The notes: a model not told the origin generated them from the sequence alone. Positions 48,899 to 59,550 are shown, counted from the first letter of the stretch. The stretch is DNA of 64,000 nt from Candidatus Lindowbacteria bacterium RIFCSPLOWO2_12_FULL_62_27 (GCA_001784175.1 MFPR01000004.1:62001-126000), one strand, 5' to 3'. Made by a program: numbers and translations.

Positions 48899-50517
48899 CA
48901 CGCGCGGGGGGAAACGGCGCCCGCGGCAAACTCTATCTCGTTGGCTTCGGGCCCGGCGATCATGACCACCTGACGTTTCGGGGCCGGGAAGCCATCGGCG
49001 AGGCGGAGGTGGTGATCGGATACCGGACCTACATCCAGCTCGTGAAGGAGCTGCTGGACGGCAAAGAGGTCGTCTACACGGGAATGACGGAGGAACTCTC
49101 TCGCGCCCGCAAGGCGATCGAGCTTGCCTACGCGGGGAAAAAGGTCGCGCTGGTGTCCAGCGGCGACGCCGGAATCTACGGGATGGCGGGGCCATGCTTT
49201 GAGCTTCTCAAAGAGCGCGGCTGGACGCCGGCGGAGATGGAGGTCGAGGTGGTGCCGGGCGTGACGGCGATCTCCTCCTGCGCGGCGGTCTTGGGCGCGC
49301 CGCTGGTTCACGATTTCTGCGCGATTTCGCTGTCGGATTTGTTGACGCCGTGGGACGTGATCGTGTCGCGGATCGAAGCGGCGGCGAAAGCCGACTTTGT
49401 GATCGGGCTGTACAATCCGAAAAGCGGCCGGCGCACGCGGCAGATCGCGGAAACTCAGAAAATTCTGTTGAAGTACCGGTCGCCCCAAACGCCGGTGGGT
49501 CTCATCAAGTCCTGCAAGCGTGACATGGAAAAAATCGTCGTGACGGATCTTTCGGACATGCTCAATCACGAAATCGGAATGCTCACGACGGTCATCATCG
49601 GCAACTCCAATTCCTCCCGGTACCTCGATTTCATCATTACGCCTCGCGGATACACGAACAAGTATAACCTTGAAACGAGCGCGGTGCGCGAAGGGCAGAA
49701 ACCGGGGATTTCGTTGAGAATCGATCCCGGAAAAGTCAGCCAGACCCGATGGGGAACCCTCTACGGCATCGGCGCCGGACCGGGTGACCCGCAGCTCCTG
49801 ACGGTCCGCGCGTCCCGGATTTTGGGCGGGGTCGAAGACGTGTTTTACCCGTCTTCGAGCGGAACGGACGAGAGCATGGCCCTCAACATCATCGAGCCGT
49901 ATTTGAAAGAAGGCGTGAAAATTCACAGCCTCTTTTTTCCGATGACGAAGGACCGCGCAGAGCTGGAACAGGCGTGGACGACGGCGGCGGGAAAGGTTGC
50001 GGAGATATTGGGCCAGGGCAGGGATGCCGTCTTTGTGACGCTCGGCGATCCGATGATTTACAGCACTTATTTTTATCTGCTCAATACCCTCCGGCGGCTC
50101 CACCCACACGCAACCTGGGAAACCGTCCCGGGCATCAGCTCGTTTCAATCCGCCGCCAGCGCCGTTGACGCGGCCATCTCCGAGGGAAAAGACCGCGTGG
50201 CGCTCGTGCCGGTGAACCGGGACGCGAGCAACATCGAAGACGCCCTGGACCGGTTCGACACGGTGGTTATGTTCAAGGTGGGATCCAAACTGCCGGCCGT
50301 TCTCGAGATCCTCGAACGAAAGGGCCTCCTGGAACAGGGACGGCTCTTCAGCTACCTCGGCACCCCCGACCAGAGAATCGAAACGGACCTCACAAAAGTC
50401 AAACGCGAAAAGATCGGGTACATGTCGCTGCTCATTGTAAAGAAGAAAAAGACAGGGGCGGTCAATGCGGAAGAACCTGAGGAGGTGAATATTTACACAC
50501 CGGGCACGGACACATGA
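48895..50517 (+). CDS. Fused precorrin-3B C17-methyltransferase (CobJ/CbiH) + precorrin-2 C20-methyltransferase (CobI/CbiL)
   Basis: N-terminal GKLYLVGFGPGD...SSGDAGIYGMA...SLSDLLTPW...YNPKS...TPRGY; C-terminal GTLYGIGAGPGDPQLLT...FPM...TLGDP.IYST...YMS. Confidence 0.9.
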   Translation: MTRAGGNGARGKLYLVGFGPGDHDHLTFRGREAIGEAEVVIGYRTYIQLVKELLDGKEVVYTGMTEELSRARKAIELAYAGKKVALVSSGDAGIYGMAGPCFELLKERGWTPAEMEVEVVPGVTAISSCAAVLGAPLVHDFCAISLSDLLTPWDVIVSRIEAAAKADFVIGLYNPKSGRRTRQIAETQKILLKYRSPQTPVGLIKSCKRDMEKIVVTDLSDMLNHEIGMLTTVIIGNSNSSRYLDFIITPRGYTNKYNLETSAVREGQKPGISLRIDPGKVSQTRWGTLYGIGAGPGDPQLLTVRASRILGGVEDVFYPSSSGTDESMALNIIEPYLKEGVKIHSLFFPMTKDRAELEQAWTTAAGKVAEILGQGRDAVFVTLGDPMIYSTYFYLLNTLRRLHPHATWETVPGISSFQSAASAVDAAISEGKDRVALVPVNRDASNIEDALDRFDTVVMFKVGSKLPAVLEILERKGLLEQGRLFSYLGTPDQRIETDLTKVKREKIGYMSLLIVKKKKTGAVNAEEPEEVNIYTPGTDT

Positions 50518-50809
50518 CCCGGAGTCGATCGAATGCGTAGATGCCGGTGGCGTGGCCGTCGCTCCAGGTGATCTGGATCGCGTAGCGGCCCACCGGCAGG
50601 ATGTTGAGCGGCCGCACGCCCTCCGGAACGGATGTGGGGTTGATCAACGTATGGCCCGTGAATTCGTGGACGCAGGCGGCGCAGGCGCAGGCTAAGCGGA
50701 GGGACCGCGCCGGGTAGACACTTTCGTGACCATCCCGCCATTTGATTTTGACGTCGTGCTGGTTGGCTCTTGAAATTTCCTCCGGAGTCCGGGACAGATC
50801 CGCGTCCAT
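50462..50809 (-). CDS. DUF971 (GBBH-like N-terminal) protein
   Basis: W.DGH...LR.AC.CA.C...VGRYA..I.WSDGH.TGIY. Confidence 0.9.
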   Translation of the reverse strand: MDADLSRTPEEISRANQHDVKIKWRDGHESVYPARSLRLACACAACVHEFTGHTLINPTSVPEGVRPLNILPVGRYAIQITWSDGHATGIYAFDRLRVMCPCPVCKYSPPQVLPH

Positions 50810-50816
50810 GACGCGG

Positions 50817-51899
50817 TCAGAAAGTGATTTTGACCGGCGCCGCGCCGCTCATGTTCTGGATGCTGATCTGCGCCGCCACGTTTTCGGCGGCGTGCAGGAA
50901 GGCTTTCGCGTACGGCGAATCCGGATCGGACAACAGAATCGGCCGGCCGTCGTCGGCGGATGTCCGGATTTCCGTGGCGAGCGGGATATCCCCCAGAAAG
51001 GGGACGTCGAGGTCGACCGCAGCCCGGCGCGCGCCGCCGCTGCCGAAGATATCGTCGCGCTCGCCGCATTTTCTGCAGACGTAATGACTCATGTTTTCAA
51101 TGATGCCCAGCACGGGACAATTCAGTTTCTGAAAGAGCGCGATGGCCTTCTGGGCCACCTTGAGCGCCACGTCCTGCGGCGTCGACACGATGACCGCGCC
51201 GGTGAGCGGGATGGTCTGGCACAGCGAGAGCTGGATGTCGCCCGTGCCCGGCGGGAGGTCCACGACCAGGTAGTCCAAGTCGCCCCACTCGACGTCGCCG
51301 AGGAACTGGCGGATCATCTGGATGAGCATCGGGCCGCGCCAGATGACGGCCTCTTTTTCCTGAAGGAAAAACCCCATCGAGATGATTTTGACGCCGTTCT
51401 GCGCCGGCGGGATGATGCGACGGTCATCCACAATCTCCGGACCCTCCGTCACGCCCATGATCATCGGGATGCTCGGGCCGTAGATGTCGGCGTCCATGAG
51501 GCCGACGCGCGCGCCCATCTGGGCCAACGCCACCGCGAGATTCGCGCTCACGGTCGACTTGCCGACGCCGCCCTTGCCGCTGGCAACCGGAACGACGTTC
51601 CGGACGCCCGGGATGAGCTGATTCTTGATCTCGGACTGCGACGGGCGGACTTGCGACGTCATTCGGACGTCCACGGAGCCCACACCGGGAATCTGCGACA
51701 CATGCGCACGCGCTTCGGCCTGGAATTTTTCCCGGACCGGGCATGCCGGCGTCGTCATTTCGATGGTGAAGGAAACTTTGCCGCCGTCGATCTTCATGTC
51801 TTTGATGAATCCCAGAGAAACGATGTCCCGGTGCAGGTCCGGGTCCTCGATCTTGCGCAGCGCGTCGAGGACGGCCGCCTCTGTCACACGATCAGGCAT
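50817..51899 (-). CDS. mrp: Mrp/ApbC Fe-S carrier ATPase with N-terminal DUF59
   Basis: DPDL..DIV.LG...TTPACP; SGKGGVGKST; DADIYGPS; DLPPGTGD; ENMS...C..C. Confidence 0.95.
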   Translation of the reverse strand: MPDRVTEAAVLDALRKIEDPDLHRDIVSLGFIKDMKIDGGKVSFTIEMTTPACPVREKFQAEARAHVSQIPGVGSVDVRMTSQVRPSQSEIKNQLIPGVRNVVPVASGKGGVGKSTVSANLAVALAQMGARVGLMDADIYGPSIPMIMGVTEGPEIVDDRRIIPPAQNGVKIISMGFFLQEKEAVIWRGPMLIQMIRQFLGDVEWGDLDYLVVDLPPGTGDIQLSLCQTIPLTGAVIVSTPQDVALKVAQKAIALFQKLNCPVLGIIENMSHYVCRKCGERDDIFGSGGARRAAVDLDVPFLGDIPLATEIRTSADDGRPILLSDPDSPYAKAFLHAAENVAAQISIQNMSGAAPVKITF

Positions 51900-52938
51900 G
51901 GGCAGGAACCTCCCACGGATTTTCGCGCGGGACGGCGATGTCCACCACCACCGCGCCGGGCCCCTCCGGGCCTCCGATGCGCACCACGGCGCCGGGCACG
52001 GCGGCCGGCTTGGCGACCATCGCCAGCGCGACCGACTTCGAAAACGCGAGCGACCGGGCCGCCGATGTGACCGCGCCGCATTCGGCGCCGTTTCGAAAGA
52101 CCCTGTCGCCCGGCGCGGCCGGAGGGCCGTCCAGCACGAGGCCAACGAGCCGGCGGTTGACGCCGCCGTAGGTCTTGATGCGCGCCACGACCTCCTGGCC
52201 CGTGTAACAGCCCTTGGTGAAACTCACGAACTGCTCCTCCAGCGCCGCCTCCTGCGGGAAATGCTCTCCCGAAAAATCGACACCGAAGGCCGCAATCGCC
52301 GCCTCGATCCTCAAAATGTCCGCCGCGATTGTGCCAACCGGGCCGCCGCCCAGCCGACGCGTGGCGGCCTGCAATTTCTCGAACCACGCATCCGCATCAG
52401 CCGACGCTACAATGAGATCGACGCCAGGCCGCAGGGTCCGGCGGCGCCGGACCACCGTCACCGGCCCCGCGGAAATCCACGACAGTTCGGTGCCGGTCGG
52501 AATCGGAAGCGAGAGGTCCGCCATGATGTCCGCGGAACGCATACCGGCCAGATGAAACACCTGGAACTCGGCGGCCGTGTCACGCACCGCGACATCTTCC
52601 ATGACGAGGGACGATTCCAGAAACTGTTTGAATGCCGCATGGTACCGGTCGGCCGCCTGCACCCACACCTGAGACGCGCTGACCCGCGCGGCGAACGGAA
52701 ACAGGATTTTCCCCTTCGGTGTCAGCATCAACGCGCAGCAGCCCTGGCCGCGGCCGAGGGACTTGAGGTCATTGGAACAGATATTGTGCAGAAAGGCTGT
52801 TCGATCCTCACCCGCCAGCGAGAGCGTCGACTCCGGAACGACCATCACGCCGACCGAGCGATGAACGGACATCGCCTCGGCGCAGGCATCCCCATATTCC
52901 GGCCGGGCCTTAAGCCCGGTCGCGGCGAAGACGGCCAT
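51892..52938 (-). CDS. ygfZ: Folate-binding YgfZ/GcvT-like Fe-S maturation protein
   Basis: KGCYTGQE signature. Confidence 0.88.
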   Translation of the reverse strand: MAVFAATGLKARPEYGDACAEAMSVHRSVGVMVVPESTLSLAGEDRTAFLHNICSNDLKSLGRGQGCCALMLTPKGKILFPFAARVSASQVWVQAADRYHAAFKQFLESSLVMEDVAVRDTAAEFQVFHLAGMRSADIMADLSLPIPTGTELSWISAGPVTVVRRRRTLRPGVDLIVASADADAWFEKLQAATRRLGGGPVGTIAADILRIEAAIAAFGVDFSGEHFPQEAALEEQFVSFTKGCYTGQEVVARIKTYGGVNRRLVGLVLDGPPAAPGDRVFRNGAECGAVTSAARSLAFSKSVALAMVAKPAAVPGAVVRIGGPEGPGAVVVDIAVPRENPWEVPAHA

Positions 52939-53324
52939 CAGGCGGGGCCGGACGGAGCGTCTTGCTTGAAGGCGACCGACGATCCGCAGCCGCAGGACGA
53001 GGCGACCCGGGGATTGATGATGGTGAACCCGGCGCCCTGATACTTCATCACGAAATGCAGGGAGGATCCGTTCAGCAGCCTCAGGCTCCTCTCATCGACG
53101 ATGGCACGCGCGCCGTTGTGCTCAAACACGGTGTCCGCGTCCTTGGGCCTGTCCATGCGCATGACGTACTCGTAGCCCGAACAGCCGCCGGCCTTGACGC
53201 CGACGCGAAACGCATACTCGGCCGGGTTCAGTTTCTGCTCGGTCATGAAGATGCCGATCCACCGGGCGGCATCGTCGGTCAATCGAATGAACGGTTTGAC
53301 CGCGGGCGTCTGGGGTTCCATCAT
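52938..53324 (-). CDS. A-type Fe-S carrier (IscA/SufA/HesB)
   Basis: GGCSG.EY, NP...CGCG.S. Confidence 0.93.
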   Translation of the reverse strand: MMEPQTPAVKPFIRLTDDAARWIGIFMTEQKLNPAEYAFRVGVKAGGCSGYEYVMRMDRPKDADTVFEHNGARAIVDERSLRLLNGSSLHFVMKYQGAGFTIINPRVASSCGCGSSVAFKQDAPSGPA

Positions 53325-53328
53325 CGTT

Positions 53329-53766
53329 TCATCCTTTCCTGGCGGCCCTGTCGTTGAGCGCCTTTTCGAGGGTGGTCCACGCGAGGAGCGCGCATTTGAC
53401 GCGCGCCGGGAAATCGGCCACGCCCTTCAGCGCCTCCATGTCGCCCAGCTCCTCGTCATTCAGCTTGTCCTCGCCGTGCATCATGGCCTTGATGCCGTCG
53501 ATGTACTTGTGCGCATGATCGTGGGCGTGGCCCTTGAGGGCCTCCGTCATCATGGAGGCCGACGCGAGGCTGATGGAACAGCCCTTGCCCTCGAACCGGA
53601 TGTCCTGGATGGTCCGGCCGTCGAGTTTGGCCTGGATGCGGATCTCGTCGCCGCAGAGCGGATTCGACTCGAAAATGTCGATGTCCGGATTCTCGACGGA
53701 CCCCCGGTTCCGCGGCGCTTTGTAATGATCGAGAATAATCTCCTGATACAGCCCTTCCAGACTCAT
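53329..53766 (-). CDS. sufU: SUF-type NifU-like sulfur transfer protein
   Basis: LYQEIILDHYK.PRN, NPLCGD, GCSIS.ASAS, ARVKCA. Confidence 0.95.
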   Translation of the reverse strand: MSLEGLYQEIILDHYKAPRNRGSVENPDIDIFESNPLCGDEIRIQAKLDGRTIQDIRFEGKGCSISLASASMMTEALKGHAHDHAHKYIDGIKAMMHGEDKLNDEELGDMEALKGVADFPARVKCALLAWTTLEKALNDRAARKG

Positions 53767-54995
53767 GTTTTGAAAATCTCCTCCGCTTTATGAATGCCTT
53801 CGACCAGCCGGTCGATGTCTTCCTCCACATTATACAAATAAAATCCGGCCCGCGCAGTAGCGGCGACGTTCAGGCGCTTCATCAGCGGCTGGGCGCAGTG
53901 ATGGCCGGCGCGGATGGCGACGGCCGATTCCCGGTCCAGAATGGTCGCCAGATCATGCGGATGAACACCCTCCACATTAAAGGAAACAACGCCGCCGCGC
54001 AAGGCAACGTCCCTTGGGCCGTAGAGGGTCACGCCCGCCATTTCGCCGAGCCGGCCGATCGCGTATCCGGTCAAGGCCCGTTCATGTTCCTGCAGCGCAT
54101 CCAGCCCCACCGCGGACAGAAAATCGATGGCCGCGGCGAGGCCTACCGCATCCGCGAAATTCGGCGTGCCGGCCTCGAACTTCCACGGCAGGTCGTTCCA
54201 GGTCGCGTGGTCCAGAAAGACCTGGCGGATCATGTCGCCGCCGCCGTGAAAGGGCGGCATCGTCTCAAGGACGGCTTTGCGGACATAGAGCGCGCCGATG
54301 CCCGTCGGCGCGAGCATCTTGTGGCCCGACAGGACAAAAAAATCGCAGCCGATGTCCCGGACGTCGACGGCCATGTGCGGAACGCTCTGGGCGCCGTCGA
54401 CCAGGAGGAGCGCGCCGCGCTCGCGCGCAAGCTCGGCGATCCGCCGGACCGGATTGATCGTGCCGAGGACGTTGGAGACCTGCGTCATCGACACGAGCCG
54501 CGTGCGCGGCGTGATGAGGGCGGCGGCGCGGGTCACGTCGATCGTGCCGTCATTTTCGACCGGCACGAATCTCAAAACGGCCTTCTTCTCCTGTGCGAGC
54601 AGTTGCCAGGGCACGAGATTGGAATGGTGTTCCATCTCGGTGAGCACGATCTCGTCGCCTTCCGCAACGTGTTTGCGGCCCCAGGCGTAGGCGACGAGAT
54701 TGATCGATTCGGTGGCGCCCCGGGTGAAAATGATCTCCTCGACCGACGCGGCGTTGAGAAACCCCCGGACCTTCTCCCGCGCGCCTTCATACGCCGCCGT
54801 CGACTCCTCGGCCAGGCGGTACGCGCCGCGATGGACGTTGGCGTTGGAGTGCTCGTAAAACCGGGAAACGGCGTCGATCACCGCGCGGGGTTTCTGGGTC
54901 GTCGCGGGATTGTCGAGATACACGAGCCGCTTGCCGTCGAACTCCCTCGACAGAATCGGGAATTCCTTGCGGAGGCCGGCGGCGTCAAATCGCAA
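53763..54995 (-). CDS. sufS: Cysteine desulfurase
   Basis: YLDN.ATTQKP, EHHSN, SGHKM, RAGHHCAQP. Confidence 0.96.
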   Translation of the reverse strand: MRFDAAGLRKEFPILSREFDGKRLVYLDNPATTQKPRAVIDAVSRFYEHSNANVHRGAYRLAEESTAAYEGAREKVRGFLNAASVEEIIFTRGATESINLVAYAWGRKHVAEGDEIVLTEMEHHSNLVPWQLLAQEKKAVLRFVPVENDGTIDVTRAAALITPRTRLVSMTQVSNVLGTINPVRRIAELARERGALLLVDGAQSVPHMAVDVRDIGCDFFVLSGHKMLAPTGIGALYVRKAVLETMPPFHGGGDMIRQVFLDHATWNDLPWKFEAGTPNFADAVGLAAAIDFLSAVGLDALQEHERALTGYAIGRLGEMAGVTLYGPRDVALRGGVVSFNVEGVHPHDLATILDRESAVAIRAGHHCAQPLMKRLNVAATARAGFYLYNVEEDIDRLVEGIHKAEEIFKT

Positions 54996-55296
54996 CGTCG
55001 ACCAGCACCCGGTCGCCCTCGACCTTGACCGCGTAGGTCCGCACGGGCGTCACGGCGGGCATGGTCAGCGCCGCGCCGGTTTTGATGTTGAACAACGCCC
55101 CGTGCCATGGACATTCGACCGTCTCCCCGTCCACCCTACCTTCCGCCAGCGAAGCCTCTTCATGAGTGCAGATATCATCCATGGCATGGAAACTCCCGTT
55201 CAAATGGAACAGCGCAACCCGGTGACCTTCGACCTCGAACAGTTTGCCCGCGCCGGGCGGCAGGTCCGTAATCGTCGTTACGAATTGGTACGCCAT
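54985..55296 (-). CDS. Rieske [2Fe-2S] ferredoxin
   Basis: CTH...CPWHG. Confidence 0.93.
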   Translation of the reverse strand: MAYQFVTTITDLPPGAGKLFEVEGHRVALFHLNGSFHAMDDICTHEEASLAEGRVDGETVECPWHGALFNIKTGAALTMPAVTPVRTYAVKVEGDRVLVDVAI

Positions 55297-56669
55297 TCCA
55301 TATCCCCTCCTTCGATGTCCGGCGTGTCATGATCGCGCATATCGAATTTGGCCTGCAGGGCCCGCCGGACGCGCTCCTGAAGCGCGGCGGCCGGAACGCC
55401 CTTGAGGACCTCTTCGTAGAATCCCAGAATGATCATCTTTTTCGCCAGCGCCTCCGGTATGCCACGGCTGCGGAGGTAAAACAATTCCTCCTCCGAAATT
55501 TCTCCGACGGTCGCCGCATGCTTGCAGACGACATCGTTCGCCTCGATCTCCAGCGTCGGGACCGAATCGGACCGCGACTTGTCCGAGAGCAGCATGGTGT
55601 GGTCGGCGAGGAAGGACTGGGTCTGGTTGGCGGCGTGCTGGACGACAATGCGCCCGCGAAATCCCGACCGGGCGAAATCGTCGCAGACGCCCTTGTAGAG
55701 GATGTTGCCCTCCGTGTGCGGCGCCTTGTGCGTGAGAAGCGTCACGATGTCGGACTGCTGCCGGCCGTTGATGAAGTAGAGCCCCAGAAGCTCGCACCGG
55801 CCGCCGCTGCCGGTCAGATCGCAGTCGATGAATCCCTTGTTGAGCTTGCCGCCCAGCTCGGCGGTCAGCCACGCCACGCTGGCGTCGCGGCCGCCCACGG
55901 CCTTTTCGGAGGAAAAATTGTAGGTCTGCGGGTCGTATTCCTGGAGCGACATGAACCGTATCTGCGCGCCGTCCTTCATGTGGATTTCGGCGACGCTCGA
56001 CACCAGGTTCTGCCGGGCGCCGGGCGCGGGCCGCGAGGCCACGCGCTCCTCGAAATACGTCAGGCGGGCGCCCCGGTCCAAGACGATCAGCGTGTGCGGA
56101 AACAACCCGAAGCCCGGCGCGTCCGCGAACACGAGGTTTCGAAGCGGCACATCGATCTGGACGCCGGGCGGAACGTACAGGAACGCGCCGCCGGATTGGA
56201 ACGCATAGTGCAGCGCCGTGAATTTTCCGCCCGCCGGCGGCCGGACGGTCCCATAATAAGTCCGGACGATATCTTCATGCCGGCGGACCGCCTCGTCGAA
56301 TCCACACCAGATCACGCCCTTGGCCCGAAGGCCGGCGCTGAGTTCCGAATGGATGTCCTCCGAGTTGCGCTGAATCAGGAGGCCGTCCGAATGCGGCCCC
56401 AGATCGACCCGCGCCTGCAGGACCTCTGGCCGGTCCGACCGGGCGCCGACCACCGGCGCGAAGGGCGCGATGTCGTCAAACCGGATGGACCGCAAATCCA
56501 CCCGGCGCCACTCCTCGTCCTTGCGCGTGGGCATCGGAAGATTCTGGAACAGATCCCACGCGATCGTCCGTTGCTCGGTCATCCATGCCGGCTCGCCGGC
56601 GCGCCGCGCGAGGAAGACGGCGAAGCCTTCGGGATTCAGACCCGTGCGTGTCAGTTCTGCGGTTTCCAT
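55278..56669 (-). CDS. sufD: Fe-S assembly protein SufD
   Basis: PTRKDEEWR, P.LEI..NDV.C.HAATVG, FYLRSRG. Confidence 0.93.
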   Translation of the reverse strand: METAELTRTGLNPEGFAVFLARRAGEPAWMTEQRTIAWDLFQNLPMPTRKDEEWRRVDLRSIRFDDIAPFAPVVGARSDRPEVLQARVDLGPHSDGLLIQRNSEDIHSELSAGLRAKGVIWCGFDEAVRRHEDIVRTYYGTVRPPAGGKFTALHYAFQSGGAFLYVPPGVQIDVPLRNLVFADAPGFGLFPHTLIVLDRGARLTYFEERVASRPAPGARQNLVSSVAEIHMKDGAQIRFMSLQEYDPQTYNFSSEKAVGGRDASVAWLTAELGGKLNKGFIDCDLTGSGGRCELLGLYFINGRQQSDIVTLLTHKAPHTEGNILYKGVCDDFARSGFRGRIVVQHAANQTQSFLADHTMLLSDKSRSDSVPTLEIEANDVVCKHAATVGEISEEELFYLRSRGIPEALAKKMIILGFYEEVLKGVPAAALQERVRRALQAKFDMRDHDTPDIEGGDMEWRTNS

Positions 56670-56705
56670 ATTTGTTGTGAGCGGCCCGGTGTCAGCGAAG
56701 GAGGA

Positions 56706-58136
56706 TCAGCCGCAGGCGCCGGTCATCTCAAGCTCGATGAGCCGGTTGAGCTCGACAGCGTATTCCATCGGGAGTTCCTTGACGAGGGGTTCGATGAATC
56801 CGCGGACGATCATCGTCATGGCCTCGCCCTCCGGAACGCCGCGGCTCATCAGGTAAAAGAGCTGCTCGTCGCCGATCTTCGACACGGTGGCCTCGTGGCC
56901 GATCGACACGCGGTCCTCCTCGTTCTCCATGTACGGGAACGTGTCGGACTTGCTTTCCGGATCCAACAGAAGCGCGTCGCAGCGGACGTGGGATTTCACG
57001 TCCTTGGCGCCTTTTTCGACTTTCACCAGGCCCCGATAGCTCGTGCGGCCGGTGCCTTTGGAGATCGACTTGGAGATGATCTGCGACTGCGTGTGGGGCG
57101 CGCAGTGGACCATCTTGCCGCCCGCATCCTGGTGCTGGCCGTCGCCGGCAAAGGCGATCGACAGGACCTCGCCCTTGGCGCCGGGCTCCATCATGTAGAC
57201 CGCCGGGTACTTCATGGTGAGTTTCGATCCGAGATTGCCGTCGACCCATTCGACCGTCGCGCCCTCATAGGCCATGGCGCGTTTGGTGACGAGATTGTAG
57301 ACGTTCTTGGACCAGTTCTGGATGGTGGTGTACCGGAGCCGCGCGCCCTTTTTGGCGATGAGCTCCACGACGGCCGAGTGGAGAGAGTCGCTCGAGTAGA
57401 CCGGCGCGGTGCAGCCCTCCACGTAATGGACATAAGAGCCTTCGTCCGCGATGATGAGGGTGCGCTCGAACTGTCCCATGTTTTTGGCGTTGATCCGGAA
57501 ATACGCCTGAAGCGGAACCTCCACATGCACGCCGGGCGGAACGTAGACGAAGGACCCGCCGGACCAGGCGGCGGAATTGAGCGCGGCGAACTTGTTGTCG
57601 GCCGGCGGGATCACCGTGCCGAAATACTGTTTGAACAGGTCCGGATACTGCTTCATGGCTTCCGAGGGGTCGAGGAAGATCACGCCCTGTTTGGCCCACT
57701 TCTCCTGCAGGCTGTGGTAGACGACCTCGGACTCGTACTGCGCGCCGACGCCGCCCAGGAATTTTTGTTCGGCCGCCGGGATCCCGAGTTTATCGAAGGT
57801 GCGCTTGATGTACTCGGGCACGTCATCCCAGGAACCCTCGTTCGAACGGTCGGAGGGTTTGACGTAGTAATAGATGTCGTCAAAATTCAGCGTCGAGAGG
57901 TCTCCGCCCCAGGTCGGCATCTGCTTCTTTTCGAAAATCTGCAAAGAGCGCTGCCGGAACTGGCGCATCCATTCGGGCTCTTCCTTCATGTGGGAGATCT
58001 GGTCGACGACCCGGGTGTTCAGGCCCTTCTGGGACTTGAACGAGTAGTCCTCCCGGTCCGAGAATCCATAGACCTCCTTGTAGTCGTCTTTCGCCCTGGT
58101 CAGTTCCTGTATCCTGGTTTCGTCCGAGGTTGCCAT
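56706..58136 (-). CDS. sufB: Fe-S assembly protein SufB
   Basis: [33 protein letters not shown]. Confidence 0.97.
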   Translation of the reverse strand: MATSDETRIQELTRAKDDYKEVYGFSDREDYSFKSQKGLNTRVVDQISHMKEEPEWMRQFRQRSLQIFEKKQMPTWGGDLSTLNFDDIYYYVKPSDRSNEGSWDDVPEYIKRTFDKLGIPAAEQKFLGGVGAQYESEVVYHSLQEKWAKQGVIFLDPSEAMKQYPDLFKQYFGTVIPPADNKFAALNSAAWSGGSFVYVPPGVHVEVPLQAYFRINAKNMGQFERTLIIADEGSYVHYVEGCTAPVYSSDSLHSAVVELIAKKGARLRYTTIQNWSKNVYNLVTKRAMAYEGATVEWVDGNLGSKLTMKYPAVYMMEPGAKGEVLSIAFAGDGQHQDAGGKMVHCAPHTQSQIISKSISKGTGRTSYRGLVKVEKGAKDVKSHVRCDALLLDPESKSDTFPYMENEEDRVSIGHEATVSKIGDEQLFYLMSRGVPEGEAMTMIVRGFIEPLVKELPMEYAVELNRLIELEMTGACG

Positions 58137-58158
58137 GTTGAAGCTTCTCCTTATTTGA

Positions 58159-58983
58159 TCAGGCGGCCGCCGAGGAGGCGACGCCGTATTTTTGCCGGAT
58201 CCAGTCATATCCCTTCGCCTCAAGCTCCAGCGCGAAGTCTGGCCCGCCGGAGGTGACGATCCGGCCATCCATCATGACGTGCACCACCTGGGGCCTGATG
58301 TAATTGAGCAGCCGCTGGTAATGCGTGATGACCAGCGCACCCATCGCGGGTCCGACCATGCGGTTGACGCCGTCGGACACGGTTTTCATCGCGTCGATGT
58401 CAAGCCCGGAATCGGTTTCGTCCAGGATGGCGATCTCGGGTTTGAGGACCGCCATCTGGAGAATCTCGACGCGCTTCTTCTCGCCGCCGGAGAATCCGTC
58501 GTTCAGATACCGGAACGCGAAATCCTCCTTGAGCCCCAGGTTCTTCATGTTTTCCTTGAGTACTTTTAAAAATTCCCGCGCGGAAATCTGGCTCCCGTTC
58601 TTTCCGGCAATCTCCGCGTCCTTTCCCGTCAGCGCCTTCACCGGCGCGCCGCCCGCACGCTTGGCGTTGACGGCGGTCCGGAGAAAATTGCCGACCGTGA
58701 CGCCCGGGACGGCGGCGGGATACTGGAAGGCCAGAAAGAGGCCGGCCCGCGCGCGCTCGTCCGGGGGCATCGTCAAAAGATCCTCTCCCTTGAACGTCGC
58801 CGATCCCCGCGTGACCGTATATTTGGGGTGCCCAGCCAGCGCGAACGAGAGCGTGCTTTTTCCGGAGCCGTTCGGCCCCATGAGCGCGTGTACCTCGTTC
58901 TTGTTGACCTCGATGGAAACCCCTTTGATGATCTCCTTGCCTTCCACCGAAACGTGCAAATCTTTTATTTCAAGCGTTGCCAC
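58159..58983 (-). CDS. sufC: Fe-S assembly ATPase SufC
   Basis: [35 protein letters not shown]. Confidence 0.97.
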   Translation of the reverse strand: MATLEIKDLHVSVEGKEIIKGVSIEVNKNEVHALMGPNGSGKSTLSFALAGHPKYTVTRGSATFKGEDLLTMPPDERARAGLFLAFQYPAAVPGVTVGNFLRTAVNAKRAGGAPVKALTGKDAEIAGKNGSQISAREFLKVLKENMKNLGLKEDFAFRYLNDGFSGGEKKRVEILQMAVLKPEIAILDETDSGLDIDAMKTVSDGVNRMVGPAMGALVITHYQRLLNYIRPQVVHVMMDGRIVTSGGPDFALELEAKGYDWIRQKYGVASSAAA

Positions 58984-59000
58984 CTTGCATCCACCTCCAG

Positions 59001-59486
59001 CTAATTCGCCGCAGGCGTCGCTGCAGCAGCAGGCTGAGGCATCCGGCCGGCCATCAGCCGCACCACTTCCTGCTCCTCCAGCAACATGTCCGCCAGCGTC
59101 GTCCGATTTAGAGTCGTGTAGATTTGCCTCGACAGGATCATCCAGATGGGCCGGATGCCGCAGTTGACCAGATGACAACACTCATGCAGTTTGCCCGGAT
59201 ACTCGGCGCAGATATCCTTGGGATAAAAAAATCCCCCCAAGGACCGCATGACCTCCCCAAGACTGATGTCAGCCGCCGGCCGGTGCAACGTGTAGCCGCC
59301 GTTGATGCCGCGGACACTCGTAACCAAACCGGTCCGGCGAAGCGTGACGAGGAGCTTGGTGACGTAGTCGGTCGAAAGACCTTCCTTCTTCGAAATTTCT
59401 GTGACCGCCACCGACTTGCCGTGTCCGGCACGCGCAAGCTGCAATATGCATCTCAACCCATACTCTTCCTGTTTGGAAATCTTCAT
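59001..59486 (-). CDS. Rrf2-family (IscR-like) regulator with Cys cluster
   Basis: EYGLR...SVRG.NGGY.L; C...CC....C. Confidence 0.92.
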   Translation of the reverse strand: MKISKQEEYGLRCILQLARAGHGKSVAVTEISKKEGLSTDYVTKLLVTLRRTGLVTSVRGINGGYTLHRPAADISLGEVMRSLGGFFYPKDICAEYPGKLHECCHLVNCGIRPIWMILSRQIYTTLNRTTLADMLLEEQEVVRLMAGRMPQPAAAATPAAN

Positions 59487-59494
59487 ACAACTGA

Positions 59495-59542
59495 ACTCTA
59501 GCGAAACCTGACTTGAATGTCAAGTATTATACGAAAAAAAAG

Positions 59543-59550
<8 letters not shown>
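59495..59550 (-). promoter_or_regulatory. Sigma70 promoter with overlapping IscR-like operator
   Basis: TTGACA-17-TAGAGT; ATACTTGAC-ATTCA-AGTCAGGT over the -35 box; upstream half-site ATACCTGACT. Confidence 0.7.

Noticed and set aside
55329-58256. 975-aa plus-strand ORF and similar long ORFs (17506-19836, 31784-34219, 1389-3356, 12938-14788)
   Set aside because: Antisense shadows of well-supported genes, expected from high-GC codon bias; no recognisable motifs.
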